Source: an uncultured Candidatus Saccharibacteria bacterium (GTDB lineage Bacteria > Patescibacteriota > Minisyncoccia > Phycocordibacterales > JAACPR01). From it: a DNA stretch of 64,000 bases. Under the pieces are notes generated by a model. It was not told the DNA's origin, made no database searches, and saw only the letters and a list, made by a program, of their open reading frames with translations. This document shows positions 45,922 to 55,856 of the stretch, piece after piece; the stretch's first letter is position 1, and each line of letters begins with the position of its first letter. Where the stretch lies: contig CAYOAT010000001.1 in the NCBI GenBank assembly GCA_964402215.1, positions 134,703 through 198,702 of the forward strand, read 5' to 3'. Made by a program: the position numbers and the translations under genes.

Positions 45922-46207
45922 GAATTTTTATTCGCTTCTTATATCCCTAAATATTTTACTATTTTGTTTCATGCTTCGCGGACATTTTAATCGATTCTGG
46001 CGGGCGGGATTTTGAAGCGTTTTAATTTAATTACTAATAAATTCATACTATATTGTTGTTTAAGTAAAGTCAAAAAGTGTGAAAAAGAAAATACCTAAAC
46101 ATCTTTTATTTGATCTCGCCCTCGAATAATTTTCGTCAATTTACATTTGATCAAAATAAATCTGCGAAGGATCTCAAAAAGAGTTTAGGTATTTTCGTTA
46201 TCAGTTA

Positions 46208-46780
46208 TTATGAAATTACTTTATCAATAATTCCGTATTTTTTTGCTTCTTCAGCATTCATAAAATAATCTCGATCAACATCATGCTCAACTTGTTCAAT
46301 TGGTTTGCCAGTATTTTTTGCCATCATTGCAACCAAAGTTTTTTTCATTTCTAAAATTCTTTTTGCAGAAATTTCGATATCAGAAGCTTGACCCTGTGCA
46401 CCACCAAGAGGTTGGTGAATCATTACTTCGGCATTTGGTAATGCAAATCTCTTTCCCTTTTCTCCGGCGGATAAAATCCATGCAGCTGCACTTGCCGCCA
46501 TACCAACACAAACAGTAGAGACATTATTTTTTATATGATGCATCGTGTCCATGATTGCCATTGCATCTGTCACTGAACCACCAGGAGAATTTATATACAA
46601 CTGTACATCTTTCTTTGGATCTTCAGATTGTAAAAATAATAGTTGGGCGATAACAATGTTTGCAGCATCATCGTCAATTGGGCCGCACAGAAAAACAATT
46701 CCTTCTTTTAATAACCTTGAGTAAATATCAAAGGCTCTTTCACCAAACTGACTCTTCTCTATTACTGTTGGAATAAGCAT
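46208..46780 (-). CDS. clpP: ATP-dependent Clp protease proteolytic subunit
   Basis: Start trimmed to [24 protein letters not shown]... (canonical ClpP N-terminus). Catalytic [11 protein letters not shown] (Ser) and H/D motifs. Confidence 0.9.
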   Translation of the reverse strand: MLIPTVIEKSQFGERAFDIYSRLLKEGIVFLCGPIDDDAANIVIAQLLFLQSEDPKKDVQLYINSPGGSVTDAMAIMDTMHHIKNNVSTVCVGMAASAAAWILSAGEKGKRFALPNAEVMIHQPLGGAQGQASDIEISAKRILEMKKTLVAMMAKNTGKPIEQVEHDVDRDYFMNAEEAKKYGIIDKVIS

Positions 46781-46930
46781 ATTTTTAATGATTATATTAA
46801 TGATAAAACGATACAAAAAATGGGGGAGGAAAGCAAATTCGAGTCAGGGATACTCCCCTCATAATCCACTGATTGTGCACAGTTTGTGCAGTTTTTCAGG
46901 TAATTTAGAATTTCTTTAGAAAAACTTTAA

Positions 46931-47986
46931 CTATAGGTTTTCCAAAAACTCAAAAACCTTTTCATTAGTCAAAACATGGCTTAAATAAACACGAGCAACG
47001 TTTTCATCAACATCTTTGTGATGTTCCACAATATGTTTCATTTCATGTTCCAAACGATCTTTATCGGCTACGATCTTCTCTTCATGAGCAATTTTAGGCA
47101 AAATTAAATTCATTTTTGCACGTTTCACGGCATCTGTGTGCCATTCTTTTTTAAGATCATCTTCCGTCTTTTTAATTTCCTTTATATAGTCATCAAATTT
47201 AATTCCGATTCGTTCAATATCGGATTTATACTGATTTATCATTCTTTGCTTTTCCTCATCAATCAAAACCTCCGGTAAATCAACTTTTGATTCATCAATT
47301 ATTTTTTCAATTATTTCCGTTCGGCGTTTATTTTTTTCTTGAACCTCTTTTTCAGTTTTCATATTTTCAGAAAGTTGTTTTTTGAAATCATCAACGTTAT
47401 TAAATTTTCCTAAAGTTTTTACGAACTCGTCATTAAGTTCTGGTAATTTTTCTTTATCGGCTTCTTCAACTTTTTCACCGGAAGTTTTTTTCTTCATGAA
47501 TTCTGCTTCAGCGCGATTTTTTCTAATGTAGTCGATATAATCATTAATTTCTTTTTCTGTAATTTCAACTTTTGAAATTGATTTTATTCCTTTTGCAATT
47601 TTTTTATAATCTGCAAGTTCAACTGTCGGCATCAATGTAAATGTTGCTTTGAATTCAAAATCATCACTTGGAGAAATTTTTGTGATTGAAATTTTTGGAC
47701 TGGTTAATGCATCAATTTTTTCTTCAAGCATTATCACTGGCAGAACTTCATGTAGGGCAGTATAAGCTTGTTCCTCAAAAATCTTTAAATCACCGACACT
47801 TTCTACAATCATTTTTTCAGGTGCCATGCCTTTTCTGAATCCTTTCAGTTCAATATCTTTACCAATTTTTTTAATTGTTTTTTCTCTAAAACTTTTTACA
47901 AAATTATTCTCTACAATTACATCTATTGTTAATTCTCGTCCGTCCTCTTTTTTATCTTTTATTTTGTAATTTTTATTATTTGTCAT
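46931..47986 (-). CDS. tig: Trigger factor (short form)
   Basis: Ribosome-binding signature GFRKGMAPEKMI (GFRKGKVP-like). tig-clpP synteny. Confidence 0.85.
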   Translation of the reverse strand: MTNNKNYKIKDKKEDGRELTIDVIVENNFVKSFREKTIKKIGKDIELKGFRKGMAPEKMIVESVGDLKIFEEQAYTALHEVLPVIMLEEKIDALTSPKISITKISPSDDFEFKATFTLMPTVELADYKKIAKGIKSISKVEITEKEINDYIDYIRKNRAEAEFMKKKTSGEKVEEADKEKLPELNDEFVKTLGKFNNVDDFKKQLSENMKTEKEVQEKNKRRTEIIEKIIDESKVDLPEVLIDEEKQRMINQYKSDIERIGIKFDDYIKEIKKTEDDLKKEWHTDAVKRAKMNLILPKIAHEEKIVADKDRLEHEMKHIVEHHKDVDENVARVYLSHVLTNEKVFEFLENL

Positions 47987-48112
47987 TTTATAATTAATTA
48001 ACTCTTATATAGTAAAGTCGAGTCTAACTTATATTTTGATTTTTGAAAAGAATGTGGAACGAAATAAAAACTCCCCAAACAGGGAAGTTTTCTGGCGGCT
48101 AAATTGGAGATA

Positions 48113-48388
48113 TTATATTTCCTTTAATGCGGCGTCTATTTCTGATTCTATATCAATTAGTTCTTTGTCTAAATTATCTACATCTGTGCCGTCTAGATCA
48201 TTTTGGATGTCAGAAATTTCTGTTGATGTGCCAAGAGTGGTCGTTGAATTATCAATTGGTTTGTTTTCTGTAATTTTATCTTTTGTGTTTTTTAAATAAT
48301 AAATTCCGCCTATTGCAATGACAAGAATTATTATTATCGAGCCTATAATAGGACCAACCCCTTTTTTGTTATTTTCTTGTGGTTCCAT
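48113..48388 (-). CDS. Small membrane protein (91 aa), hypothetical
   Basis: Single TM (IIGSIIIILVIAIGGIYYL) plus acidic C-terminal tail. Own terminator hairpin downstream (about 48060-48090). Confidence 0.4.
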   Translation of the reverse strand: MEPQENNKKGVGPIIGSIIIILVIAIGGIYYLKNTKDKITENKPIDNSTTTLGTSTEISDIQNDLDGTDVDNLDKELIDIESEIDAALKEI

Positions 48389-48408
48389 GTTTATATTATT
48401 TCAGATTA

Positions 48409-49053
48409 TTAATCATTAGACAAAGTTGATTCGATCGAGGCCTTAAAACTGCTTAGTGCATCAACCAAAGATTCTTTTGCAGATTTAATCACATTTTTTG
48501 CTTCTACAAACAATGAATGAATTTCTTCTTTACTACTTTCCCCAATTTCAGAATCGAGTAAAGCTGATATTTCACCTTGTAGTGTTTCTATATTAACTTT
48601 TGCTTCATCAATCTTTTCTATCGCTGCATCAAGTTTACTTTGGGCTTCACTTACATCAGCCCCACGTTCGGTGGCGTTATCAATTCTTGTTTGAAATCTT
48701 TCAGCCACATTTGACAGTCTTTCAACAGCACCATTTAATCTATTTTTGATCACTTCAGTAAGGCGTTCAATTTTTTGTTGTCTTATTTGAGACATTTTTG
48801 CCTTTCGTTCGGCAACTTTTTCTTCTCGCTGTTCTTTTTTGGCTTCAAATTCAGTTCTTCTGTTTTCTATTCTCTCTTGGATATTTTGTTGCCTATCCTC
48901 CACTTTTTCTTGTCTTTCTCTTATGCGGTTCTCACGATTTGTTATTGCGCTCTCCGAGTCTTCTGCCACATCTTCTTCGGCCCAAGCTTTTTCTGCTATA
49001 ACAAAAGAAAAAACAGTTAGTAAAATAATTGTAAACCCAATAATTTTTTTCAT
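48409..49053 (-). CDS. Secreted coiled-coil protein (214 aa), hypothetical
   Basis: Signal peptide MKKIIGFTIILLTVFSFVIAEKAWA, then highly charged heptad-like sequence (R/E/Q rich). Confidence 0.5.
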   Translation of the reverse strand: MKKIIGFTIILLTVFSFVIAEKAWAEEDVAEDSESAITNRENRIRERQEKVEDRQQNIQERIENRRTEFEAKKEQREEKVAERKAKMSQIRQQKIERLTEVIKNRLNGAVERLSNVAERFQTRIDNATERGADVSEAQSKLDAAIEKIDEAKVNIETLQGEISALLDSEIGESSKEEIHSLFVEAKNVIKSAKESLVDALSSFKASIESTLSND

Positions 49054-49104
49054 AGTACTAATTTATATTAGTTAATAACTGTAATGTATTATACCAAATA
49101 CAAA

Positions 49105-49131
49105 AAACACCGCTTTTGCGGTGTTTTTCAA
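49105..49131. terminator. Intrinsic terminator downstream of ppa
   Basis: aaaaaacaccgc-tttt-gcggtgttttt, bidirectional. Confidence 0.5.
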
Positions 49132-49141
49132 ATAAATTGTA

Positions 49142-49696
49142 TTATGACTCTTTTGGAGTACCAAATTTATCATCGTATAATTTCATTCCTTTCTTTACGG
49201 CCTCATATGCATCTTCTTTGCCTTTTACTCCATTAATTTCGACTTTCACTTCCTCACCATCTTTCTTTAATTGTTTGTATGTCTTAAAGAAATGTATGAT
49301 TTCTTTGATTTTATGGCCATTTATATCTGCCAGGTCCTGTGTGTCATCCCAACGTCTATCTTTTTCCGGAACACCGATAACCTTGTAGTCTGATTCGCCG
49401 TCATCAATCATTTCAATGACCGCAATTGGTCTAACTTTAACCAAAATTCCAGGATGTAATGGAAAAGTTGCTAGAACAACGACATCTAAAGGATCATTAT
49501 CATCCCACAATGTTTGTGGAACAAATCCGTAATCAAATGGATATGCTGCTGAAGAATAATTTGCTCGGTCAAGAGAAATTAGACCAGTTTTTTTGTTGAT
49601 CTCATATTTATTATTTGATCCACAAGGAATTTCAATAATAACGTTTATTAATTTAGGAACATCTTCTCCTCTTGATATTTCGTGCCAAAGGTTCAT
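49142..49696 (-). CDS. ppa: Inorganic pyrophosphatase (family I)
   Basis: EIP...NKYE, DPLDVVVL, DDGESDYKVI acidic active-site motifs. Confidence 0.9.
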   Translation of the reverse strand: MNLWHEISRGEDVPKLINVIIEIPCGSNNKYEINKKTGLISLDRANYSSAAYPFDYGFVPQTLWDDNDPLDVVVLATFPLHPGILVKVRPIAVIEMIDDGESDYKVIGVPEKDRRWDDTQDLADINGHKIKEIIHFFKTYKQLKKDGEEVKVEINGVKGKEDAYEAVKKGMKLYDDKFGTPKES

Positions 49697-49728
49697 GTTT
49701 TTATTTTAAATTAAACTTTAATAATTAA

Positions 49729-50919
49729 TTATTCTGATTTTTCAGCTTCGGAAACTTGTTCTGTTATTACTGCTTCTACCTTTTTTTCATCTTCAACAAC
49801 AGCTTCAACGGGTTTTGCATCAGATACAACATCAATTTTCCATCCTGTTAATTTTGCAGCCAGTCTGACATTTTGACCACCCTTACCGATTGCTAACGAT
49901 TGTTGATCAGGACTAACTTTCACTCTTGCAATTCTAGTTTCAAGATTGGCATCAATTTCAATAATTTTTGCTGGAGAGAGGGCCTCGGCGATAAATTCAC
50001 TAGGAGTTTCTGACCACTCAATAATATCAATTTTTTCTCCACCAAGCTCTGACATTATTGTGCTAACTCGAACACCTCGTTGACCTACTAATGCGCCGAC
50101 AGGATCAACATGGTCGTCTGTTGAATGAGCGGCAATTTTTGATCTTGAACCAGCTTCTCTGGCAATTGCTTTGATCTGAACAGTTCCGGCATCAATTTCT
50201 GGAACTTCTGCTCTAAATAGTTCTTCCAAAAATTTTGGATGAGATCTAGAAAGTTTTAAAAATACACCATGATTTGTTTCATCAACTCTAAATAGATAAG
50301 CGCGGACACGCTCGCCTTGTTTAAATCTTTCACCTGGAATTTGCTCTTCATAATTAAGCATACCGACAGCTCTACCCATATCTAGGTAAATAGTTCCTCT
50401 CTCAATTCTTTCAACTGTTCCGGAAATTATTTCTCCTTCACGTTCACCAAATTCTGAAACAACAGAAGTTTTTTCAGCCTCGCGAATTTTTTGGGTTATA
50501 ACTTGTTTTGCAGTTTGCGCAGCAATTCGTCCAAAGTCGCTTTTCTTTTCAAGTGGGAAAGTCAATTCATCTCCAATTTGGGCGCCTTTTTTGATTAGGC
50601 GAGCTTCCTCAACGAAAATATGGTGTTCAGGATTGTATCTTGGTTTTGGTTCTTCACCTTCCTTTAATTCGGTTGGTTTATATTCTACGTCGTCCATAAT
50701 AACGCCGTCTTTGTCCACAACGATTTTTGATTGCCAAAATTCAACATCACCGCTGTCGATGCTAAATTTTGCCTTTATAATCTGGCCTTTTTTGCCGTAT
50801 TCTTTCTTGTATGCAGTACCAAGAGCCATTTCTATTGCTTCTAGAATTTTGGCTTTTGGTATTCCACGTTCTTCCTCCATCTGCGATAAAACCGCATTTA
50901 TTACTTTTAAATCGAACAT
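49729..50919 (-). CDS. nusA: Transcription termination/antitermination factor NusA
   Basis: Start trimmed to MFDLKVINAVLSQMEEERGI (canonical NusA N-terminus). S1 and two KH domains. Acidic C-terminal tail. Confidence 0.85.
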   Translation of the reverse strand: MFDLKVINAVLSQMEEERGIPKAKILEAIEMALGTAYKKEYGKKGQIIKAKFSIDSGDVEFWQSKIVVDKDGVIMDDVEYKPTELKEGEEPKPRYNPEHHIFVEEARLIKKGAQIGDELTFPLEKKSDFGRIAAQTAKQVITQKIREAEKTSVVSEFGEREGEIISGTVERIERGTIYLDMGRAVGMLNYEEQIPGERFKQGERVRAYLFRVDETNHGVFLKLSRSHPKFLEELFRAEVPEIDAGTVQIKAIAREAGSRSKIAAHSTDDHVDPVGALVGQRGVRVSTIMSELGGEKIDIIEWSETPSEFIAEALSPAKIIEIDANLETRIARVKVSPDQQSLAIGKGGQNVRLAAKLTGWKIDVVSDAKPVEAVVEDEKKVEAVITEQVSEAEKSE

Positions 50920-51084
50920 ATTCAGTTTTGTTATTTTTAGTGAAACTTTTGGCTCCACCGCTTTTAAAAAAATTAGTCCGCGGTTAAGCGAACTGTCCTT
51001 GATAGATAAGTAGATATTATCACATTCAATATTGTGTGGCAATTTTGTTATCTTATCTATTTTATTTTGATATAATTACAGCAA

Positions 51085-52821
51085 ATGTTCATCGATGAAA
51101 ATAAACTTAAAGAATTCATAATTGATTCGGGTATAGTGACTCGAGATATTATTGATCGTGCGGTAGAAAATGTTGGAAAAGATGATAAGAAGAGCATTGG
51201 TGATTATCTTGTTAGCGAGGGAATAATTTCAGAAGATGAACTTAAGAGGGTGCAGGCTTATATTCTTGGAATTCCTTTTATTGATGTTGGTTCACAGAAA
51301 ATTTCTATTGAAGTGTTAAGTTTAATTCCAGAACCAATTGCCAGAAAAAATAATATTGTTGCCTTTAATAAAGATGCAACAAGTTTGGAAGTCGCAATGT
51401 TGGATACTGATAATCTCGGTGCGATTGATTTTATAAAGAAAAAAACTGGTCTAAAGATTCTACCAAGACTAACTTCGACAGAAGGCTTGAAAAAAGCACT
51501 TGTTCAATATCAAAAAAGTTTGAAAGATGATTTCGGGGATTTGATCAAGCAAGAGATGGTAAATTTGGGGCAAGCAAGTTCTGATGATCCAGAAAGTCTA
51601 AAAAAAGTAGCTGGTGGTTTACCTGTTGTGAGAATTGTTGATACATTGTTGAAACACGCATTACTTCAGGGTGCTTCTGATATTCATATCGAGCCAGCCG
51701 AGGATAATGTCATTGTTAGATATCGGGTGGATGGACTTTTGCATGATGCGATGACTTTGCCAAAAAATAGCAGTTCGGCGATTGTGGCAAGAATAAAGGT
51801 TTTGGCTAGTTTAAAACTTGATGAAAAACGTTTACCGCAAGACGGCCGTTTCAGAATGGATTTGGACGGCGAAAAAGTTTCTTTCCGTGTCTCAATTTTG
51901 CCAATTTCATTTGGAGAAAAAATTGTTTTGAGAATTTTAAGAGAAGGTGCGGGTGGTTTCACACTTGAATCACTTGGTTTTCACGGCGATGGATTAGAAA
52001 AACTTCATCATGCGTTGAAACAAACAACAGGAATGGTTTTGACTACTGGTCCGACAGGTTCTGGTAAAACAACAACTTTGTATACATTGATTGATTTGTT
52101 GAACAGTCCAGATGTAAATATTTCTACTATCGAGGATCCAATCGAATATCAAATGGCCAGAGTTAATCAGACTCAGGTTAAACCAGATATTGGTTTTACT
52201 TTTGCTAATGGATTACGTTCATTAGTTAGACAGGATCCAGACATTATTATGGTTGGTGAAATTAGAGATGGTGAAACGGCCGGGTTAGCGATTAACGCTG
52301 CTCTGACTGGACATTTGGTTTTATCAACGCTGCACACAAATAGCGCCGCTGGTGCGATTCCAAGACTTATTGATATGGGTGCGCAAAGTTTTCTATTAGT
52401 TTCAACAATAAAAGTTATTATTGCTCAAAGATTAGTTAGAAAACTTTCGGCAAGTAAAGAAAGGTATTTCTTGAAGAAAGCTGGTGTTGATCAACTGGCA
52501 AAGATAGCAAATCTTGATCGTCTACATAAAGTTTTGGTAGATGAAAAGATTATTTCAGAAAACACCAATTGGATGCAAATTCCATTTTATCGACCAATTA
52601 TATCCGAGAACGAGGATGGATTTTTCGGCCGAATTGGAATTCATGAAATATTGAACGTTTCAGAAAATATCCGTGATTTAATTATTAAAAACGCAACTTC
52701 AGAAAAAATTGAAGAACAGGCCAAAATAGAGGGAATGTTAACAATGATTGAAGACGGTATATACAAGGCGATTCTTGGACAAACAACAATAGAAGAAGTC
52801 TTGAGAGTTGTTTCCGAATAA
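51085..52821 (+). CDS. Second PilB/GspE-family secretion ATPase (no tetracysteine motif), operonic with pilC
   Basis: T2SE_Nter domain, Walker A GPTGSGKTTTLYT, Asp/His boxes. Lacks the CxxC...CxxC motif of the 538..2217 paralog. Overlaps the pilC start by 14 nt. Confidence 0.8.
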   Translation: MFIDENKLKEFIIDSGIVTRDIIDRAVENVGKDDKKSIGDYLVSEGIISEDELKRVQAYILGIPFIDVGSQKISIEVLSLIPEPIARKNNIVAFNKDATSLEVAMLDTDNLGAIDFIKKKTGLKILPRLTSTEGLKKALVQYQKSLKDDFGDLIKQEMVNLGQASSDDPESLKKVAGGLPVVRIVDTLLKHALLQGASDIHIEPAEDNVIVRYRVDGLLHDAMTLPKNSSSAIVARIKVLASLKLDEKRLPQDGRFRMDLDGEKVSFRVSILPISFGEKIVLRILREGAGGFTLESLGFHGDGLEKLHHALKQTTGMVLTTGPTGSGKTTTLYTLIDLLNSPDVNISTIEDPIEYQMARVNQTQVKPDIGFTFANGLRSLVRQDPDIIMVGEIRDGETAGLAINAALTGHLVLSTLHTNSAAGAIPRLIDMGAQSFLLVSTIKVIIAQRLVRKLSASKERYFLKKAGVDQLAKIANLDRLHKVLVDEKIISENTNWMQIPFYRPIISENEDGFFGRIGIHEILNVSENIRDLIIKNATSEKIEEQAKIEGMLTMIEDGIYKAILGQTTIEEVLRVVSE

Positions 52822-54046
52822 TCTTATGGAAATTGAATACGAATACAAAGCAATAGATGCAAACGGTAATTTGGTTACTGGTTTTAAAATTGCAGCAGAT
52901 GAAATTTCTCTTGGAAAGGATTTGTTGCAAGATAAATTAAAACTAATTTCAGCCGATCAGGCGTCAAAATTTAGTAGCCGTTTAATTATGAATAAATTAA
53001 ACGCACTTGGTCGAATTTCTGAACACGAAAAAATTGTTATGTATAGAAATCTAAGTTCGATGCTCGAGGCCGGGTTGCCTTTGACAAGAGCGCTGTCTGT
53101 AATGTATCGACAAACTAAAAGTAATATTTTCAGAAAAATTCTTGGCGAAATTACTGAAAATGTTAAGAAAGGTTTAAGCTTGTCAGATTCTCTTGGAAAA
53201 TTTCCAAAGATTTTTAATACTTTAATGACTTCCATGGTTAAATCTGGGGAGGAGTCCGGAAATATGGTGCAATCTTTGCGAGTGACGGCTGACCAAATGG
53301 AAAAAACTTATTTGTTAAAGAAAAAGGTTAAGGGCGCTATGGTTTATCCTTGTTTCATTATTTTTGCCATTACCGTAATTGGTTTTTTAATGATGATTTA
53401 TGTGGTTCCTGTTTTAACTAGCACTTTCACAGAATTAAGCATCGATCTGCCAGCAACAACACAATTTATTATTAATGTAAGTACTTTTTTGCAGAATAAT
53501 TCTGTTGTCACTCTGCTATCTATATTATTAGTGATTACACTTATGACTTGGTTTTTTAAAACAAAGACTGGCAGGATAATGCTGGATTGGGTGGTAATAA
53601 GAACTCCTGGTATTTCACCAATTGCAAAAGAAATAAACTCTGCCAGAGCGACAAGAACTTTGGCGTCACTGCTTTCTTCCGGTGTTCCATTTATGAGAGC
53701 ATTAGAAATTTCGCGGGACGTTATTCAAAATTCTTATTACAAAGAAGTCCTTGAAAAAGCCATGAAAAATATAGAAGATGGTCTGCCGATTTCAAAGGTT
53801 TTTGCAGAAAATCAAGATTTATTTCCAACTTTCGTTTCTGAAATGATGGCTGTCGGTGAAGAAACAGGTGAACTTGATTCAATGTTGCTGCAGGTCGCTA
53901 ATTTTTATGAAGAAGAGGTGGACCAAAAAATGAAAAGTATTTCTACAATTGTGGAACCAGTTTTAATGATAGTTGTTGGAGCCGCAGTTGGATTTTTTGC
54001 CCTTTCAATGATCAGTCCGATATATTCTTTGACTGAAAGTATCTAA
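52808..54046 (+). CDS. pilC: Type IV pilus / T2SS platform protein PilC/GspF
   Basis: Two T2SSF repeats (..LSSMLEAGLPLTRAL.., ..LASLLSSGVPFMRALEI..), three TM segments. Confidence 0.85.
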   Translation: MFPNNLMEIEYEYKAIDANGNLVTGFKIAADEISLGKDLLQDKLKLISADQASKFSSRLIMNKLNALGRISEHEKIVMYRNLSSMLEAGLPLTRALSVMYRQTKSNIFRKILGEITENVKKGLSLSDSLGKFPKIFNTLMTSMVKSGEESGNMVQSLRVTADQMEKTYLLKKKVKGAMVYPCFIIFAITVIGFLMMIYVVPVLTSTFTELSIDLPATTQFIINVSTFLQNNSVVTLLSILLVITLMTWFFKTKTGRIMLDWVVIRTPGISPIAKEINSARATRTLASLLSSGVPFMRALEISRDVIQNSYYKEVLEKAMKNIEDGLPISKVFAENQDLFPTFVSEMMAVGEETGELDSMLLQVANFYEEEVDQKMKSISTIVEPVLMIVVGAAVGFFALSMISPIYSLTESI

Positions 54047-54103
54047 TTTTTATTCTTTTTCTATACAATATGGGCGTGTGGTTTTATGTTAATATATTTA
54101 TCA

Positions 54104-54709
54104 ATGGCTACTAAAAAAGCATCAAAACTTAATCAGATGAAAAAAGTTCGTGATGAGATTTTTAATTTAGTCGAGTCTCCTTTATATGCAGAGCGCGTAG
54201 CAAATGGAGTTTTTCCAGTTATCGGCGACGGAAATCATGATGCAAAAATTATTTTTGTTGGTGAGGCCCCAGGAAGGAATGAAGCGAAAACCGGCCGGCC
54301 ATTTTGTGGTGTTTCCGGAAAAGTTTTGGATGAGTTATTGAAACATGTAGGAATTAATCGCGATGATATATACATAACTAATATTGTAAAAGACCGCCCA
54401 ACAAATAATAGAGATCCGAAACCAGAGGAAATTGAAATTTACGCGCCATTTCTTGATCGACAAATAGATATTATAAAACCAAAAGCAATCGTCACACTTG
54501 GGCGCTTTTCGATGGACTATATAATGAGAAAAATGGGTCTGGAGGCAGAATTACAGACGATTAGTACATTGCATGGAAAGAAATTTTATTCAAAAGAGAG
54601 AAAATTATTTGTTGTACCGTTGTACCACCCAGCAGTTGCTGTTTATAATCGGAACATGTTACCGTCCCTAAAAAAGGATTTTGAAGTTTTAAAAGAAATT
54701 TTGAAGTGA
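54104..54709 (+). CDS. Uracil-DNA glycosylase, family 4
   Basis: GEAPGRNE and FCGVSGKVL motifs (family 4 UDG GEAPG / F.G.AG). Start placed at MATKK. Confidence 0.8.
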   Translation: MATKKASKLNQMKKVRDEIFNLVESPLYAERVANGVFPVIGDGNHDAKIIFVGEAPGRNEAKTGRPFCGVSGKVLDELLKHVGINRDDIYITNIVKDRPTNNRDPKPEEIEIYAPFLDRQIDIIKPKAIVTLGRFSMDYIMRKMGLEAELQTISTLHGKKFYSKERKLFVVPLYHPAVAVYNRNMLPSLKKDFEVLKEILK

Positions 54710-54755
54710 TCTAATAATTTGGAATCATTATCAAAAATGGTTACAATTAGCTGAT

Positions 54756-55535
54756 ATGGACAAAAAAAATCTCTTAAAAAATAGAAAACTTGTTGTTGCA
54801 AATTGGAAAATGAATCCTAATAACCTTGCTGATGCCAGAAAAATTTTTTCTGACCTAAAGAAAAAAAATCTTAAAACACCAAAGACAATAAACGTAATTT
54901 GCCCCCCAAGTATTTTTCTTGGTGATTTGGCCAGCGATTATACCGGAACAAAGTATGTTTTTGGCGCCCAGGACGTTTCATATAAAAAAGAGTCAGAATC
55001 AACAGGGGAAATTGGAACAGAAATTTTGAAATCAATCGGAGCAAGCTTTGTTATAGTCGGACATTCTGAAAGAAGAGCTATCGGTGAAACGAATGAAATA
55101 GTGGCAATGAAAATGAAAGTGGTTGTCGATAGCGGATTAATACCAATTTTGTGTGTGGGCGAGAGTGAAAGAGATTTTTCTGGACAATATTTACGATTGA
55201 TAGAAGAACAAATTCATGTTTCACTTTCCAAACTTTCAAAAAACGATATTAAAAAAATAATTATCGCTTATGAACCTGTTTGGTCTATCGGTGCTGGACA
55301 CAAAGCAATGATTTCTAATGAAGTTCATCAGATGAGTTTATTTATTAAAAAAATATTAACTCGAATTTACAATAGAAAGGACGCCATGAATATGCCGATT
55401 TTGTATGGCGGTTCTGTTGATGTTACTAATTGCAAGGAAATCGTTGAATCTGGGGAAGTCGATGGTTTACTGATTGGACGAGCGAGTCTAAATCAATTTG
55501 TTTTTCTAGATATTCTAAAGGAATTAAATAAATAG
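54756..55535 (+). CDS. tpiA: Triosephosphate isomerase
   Basis: VANWKMN, VGHSERR, AYEPVWSIGAG, YGGSV motifs. Confidence 0.9.
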   Translation: MDKKNLLKNRKLVVANWKMNPNNLADARKIFSDLKKKNLKTPKTINVICPPSIFLGDLASDYTGTKYVFGAQDVSYKKESESTGEIGTEILKSIGASFVIVGHSERRAIGETNEIVAMKMKVVVDSGLIPILCVGESERDFSGQYLRLIEEQIHVSLSKLSKNDIKKIIIAYEPVWSIGAGHKAMISNEVHQMSLFIKKILTRIYNRKDAMNMPILYGGSVDVTNCKEIVESGEVDGLLIGRASLNQFVFLDILKELNK

Positions 55536-55537
55536 AA

Positions 55538-55597
55538 AACCACTATTAATTTATTTTTTTGTTACGGCCGCGCGTCTCAAATAAATTAATAGTGGTT
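55538..55597. repeat. 18-bp perfect inverted repeat (aaccactattaatttatt / aataaattaatagtggtt) enclosing a 24-nt GC-rich loop, immediately after the tpiA stop
   Basis: AT-only stem with cggccgcgcg in the loop. Terminator variant or remnant of a small mobile or recombination element. Confidence 0.5.
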
Positions 55598-55604
55598 ATG
55601 ATAA

Positions 55605-55754
55605 TTAGTTTTTGGAAATTTTATATTTTTTGATAATAAAGTTTATTGGACCTTTTGATAAATCTGCAATTACCGTACAAAAGAACCAAATACAATAAAT
55701 TACCCATAGATAAAATATAGAACCCCAAACAAATTTCATAATTATATTTTGCAT
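55605..55754 (-). CDS. Candidate 49-aa hydrophobic peptide with basic tail (type I toxin-like), not in the ORF track
   Basis: Minus strand MQNIIMKFVWGSIFYLWVIYCIWFFCTVIADLSKGPINFIIKKYKISKN. Preceded by aAAGGAGaaaa-ATG, a strong SD that is unusual for this genome. Lies in a 320-nt convergent intergenic gap. Confidence 0.2.
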   Translation of the reverse strand: MQNIIMKFVWGSIFYLWVIYCIWFFCTVIADLSKGPINFIIKKYKISKN

Positions 55755-55856
55755 TTTTCTCCTTTTATAAAAAACAATCTGTCGCGATTATGACAATTTG
55801 GAATAATATTTTAATAAATTTACTTTAAAGATTTGTAAAAATTCTCTGATTTTAAT

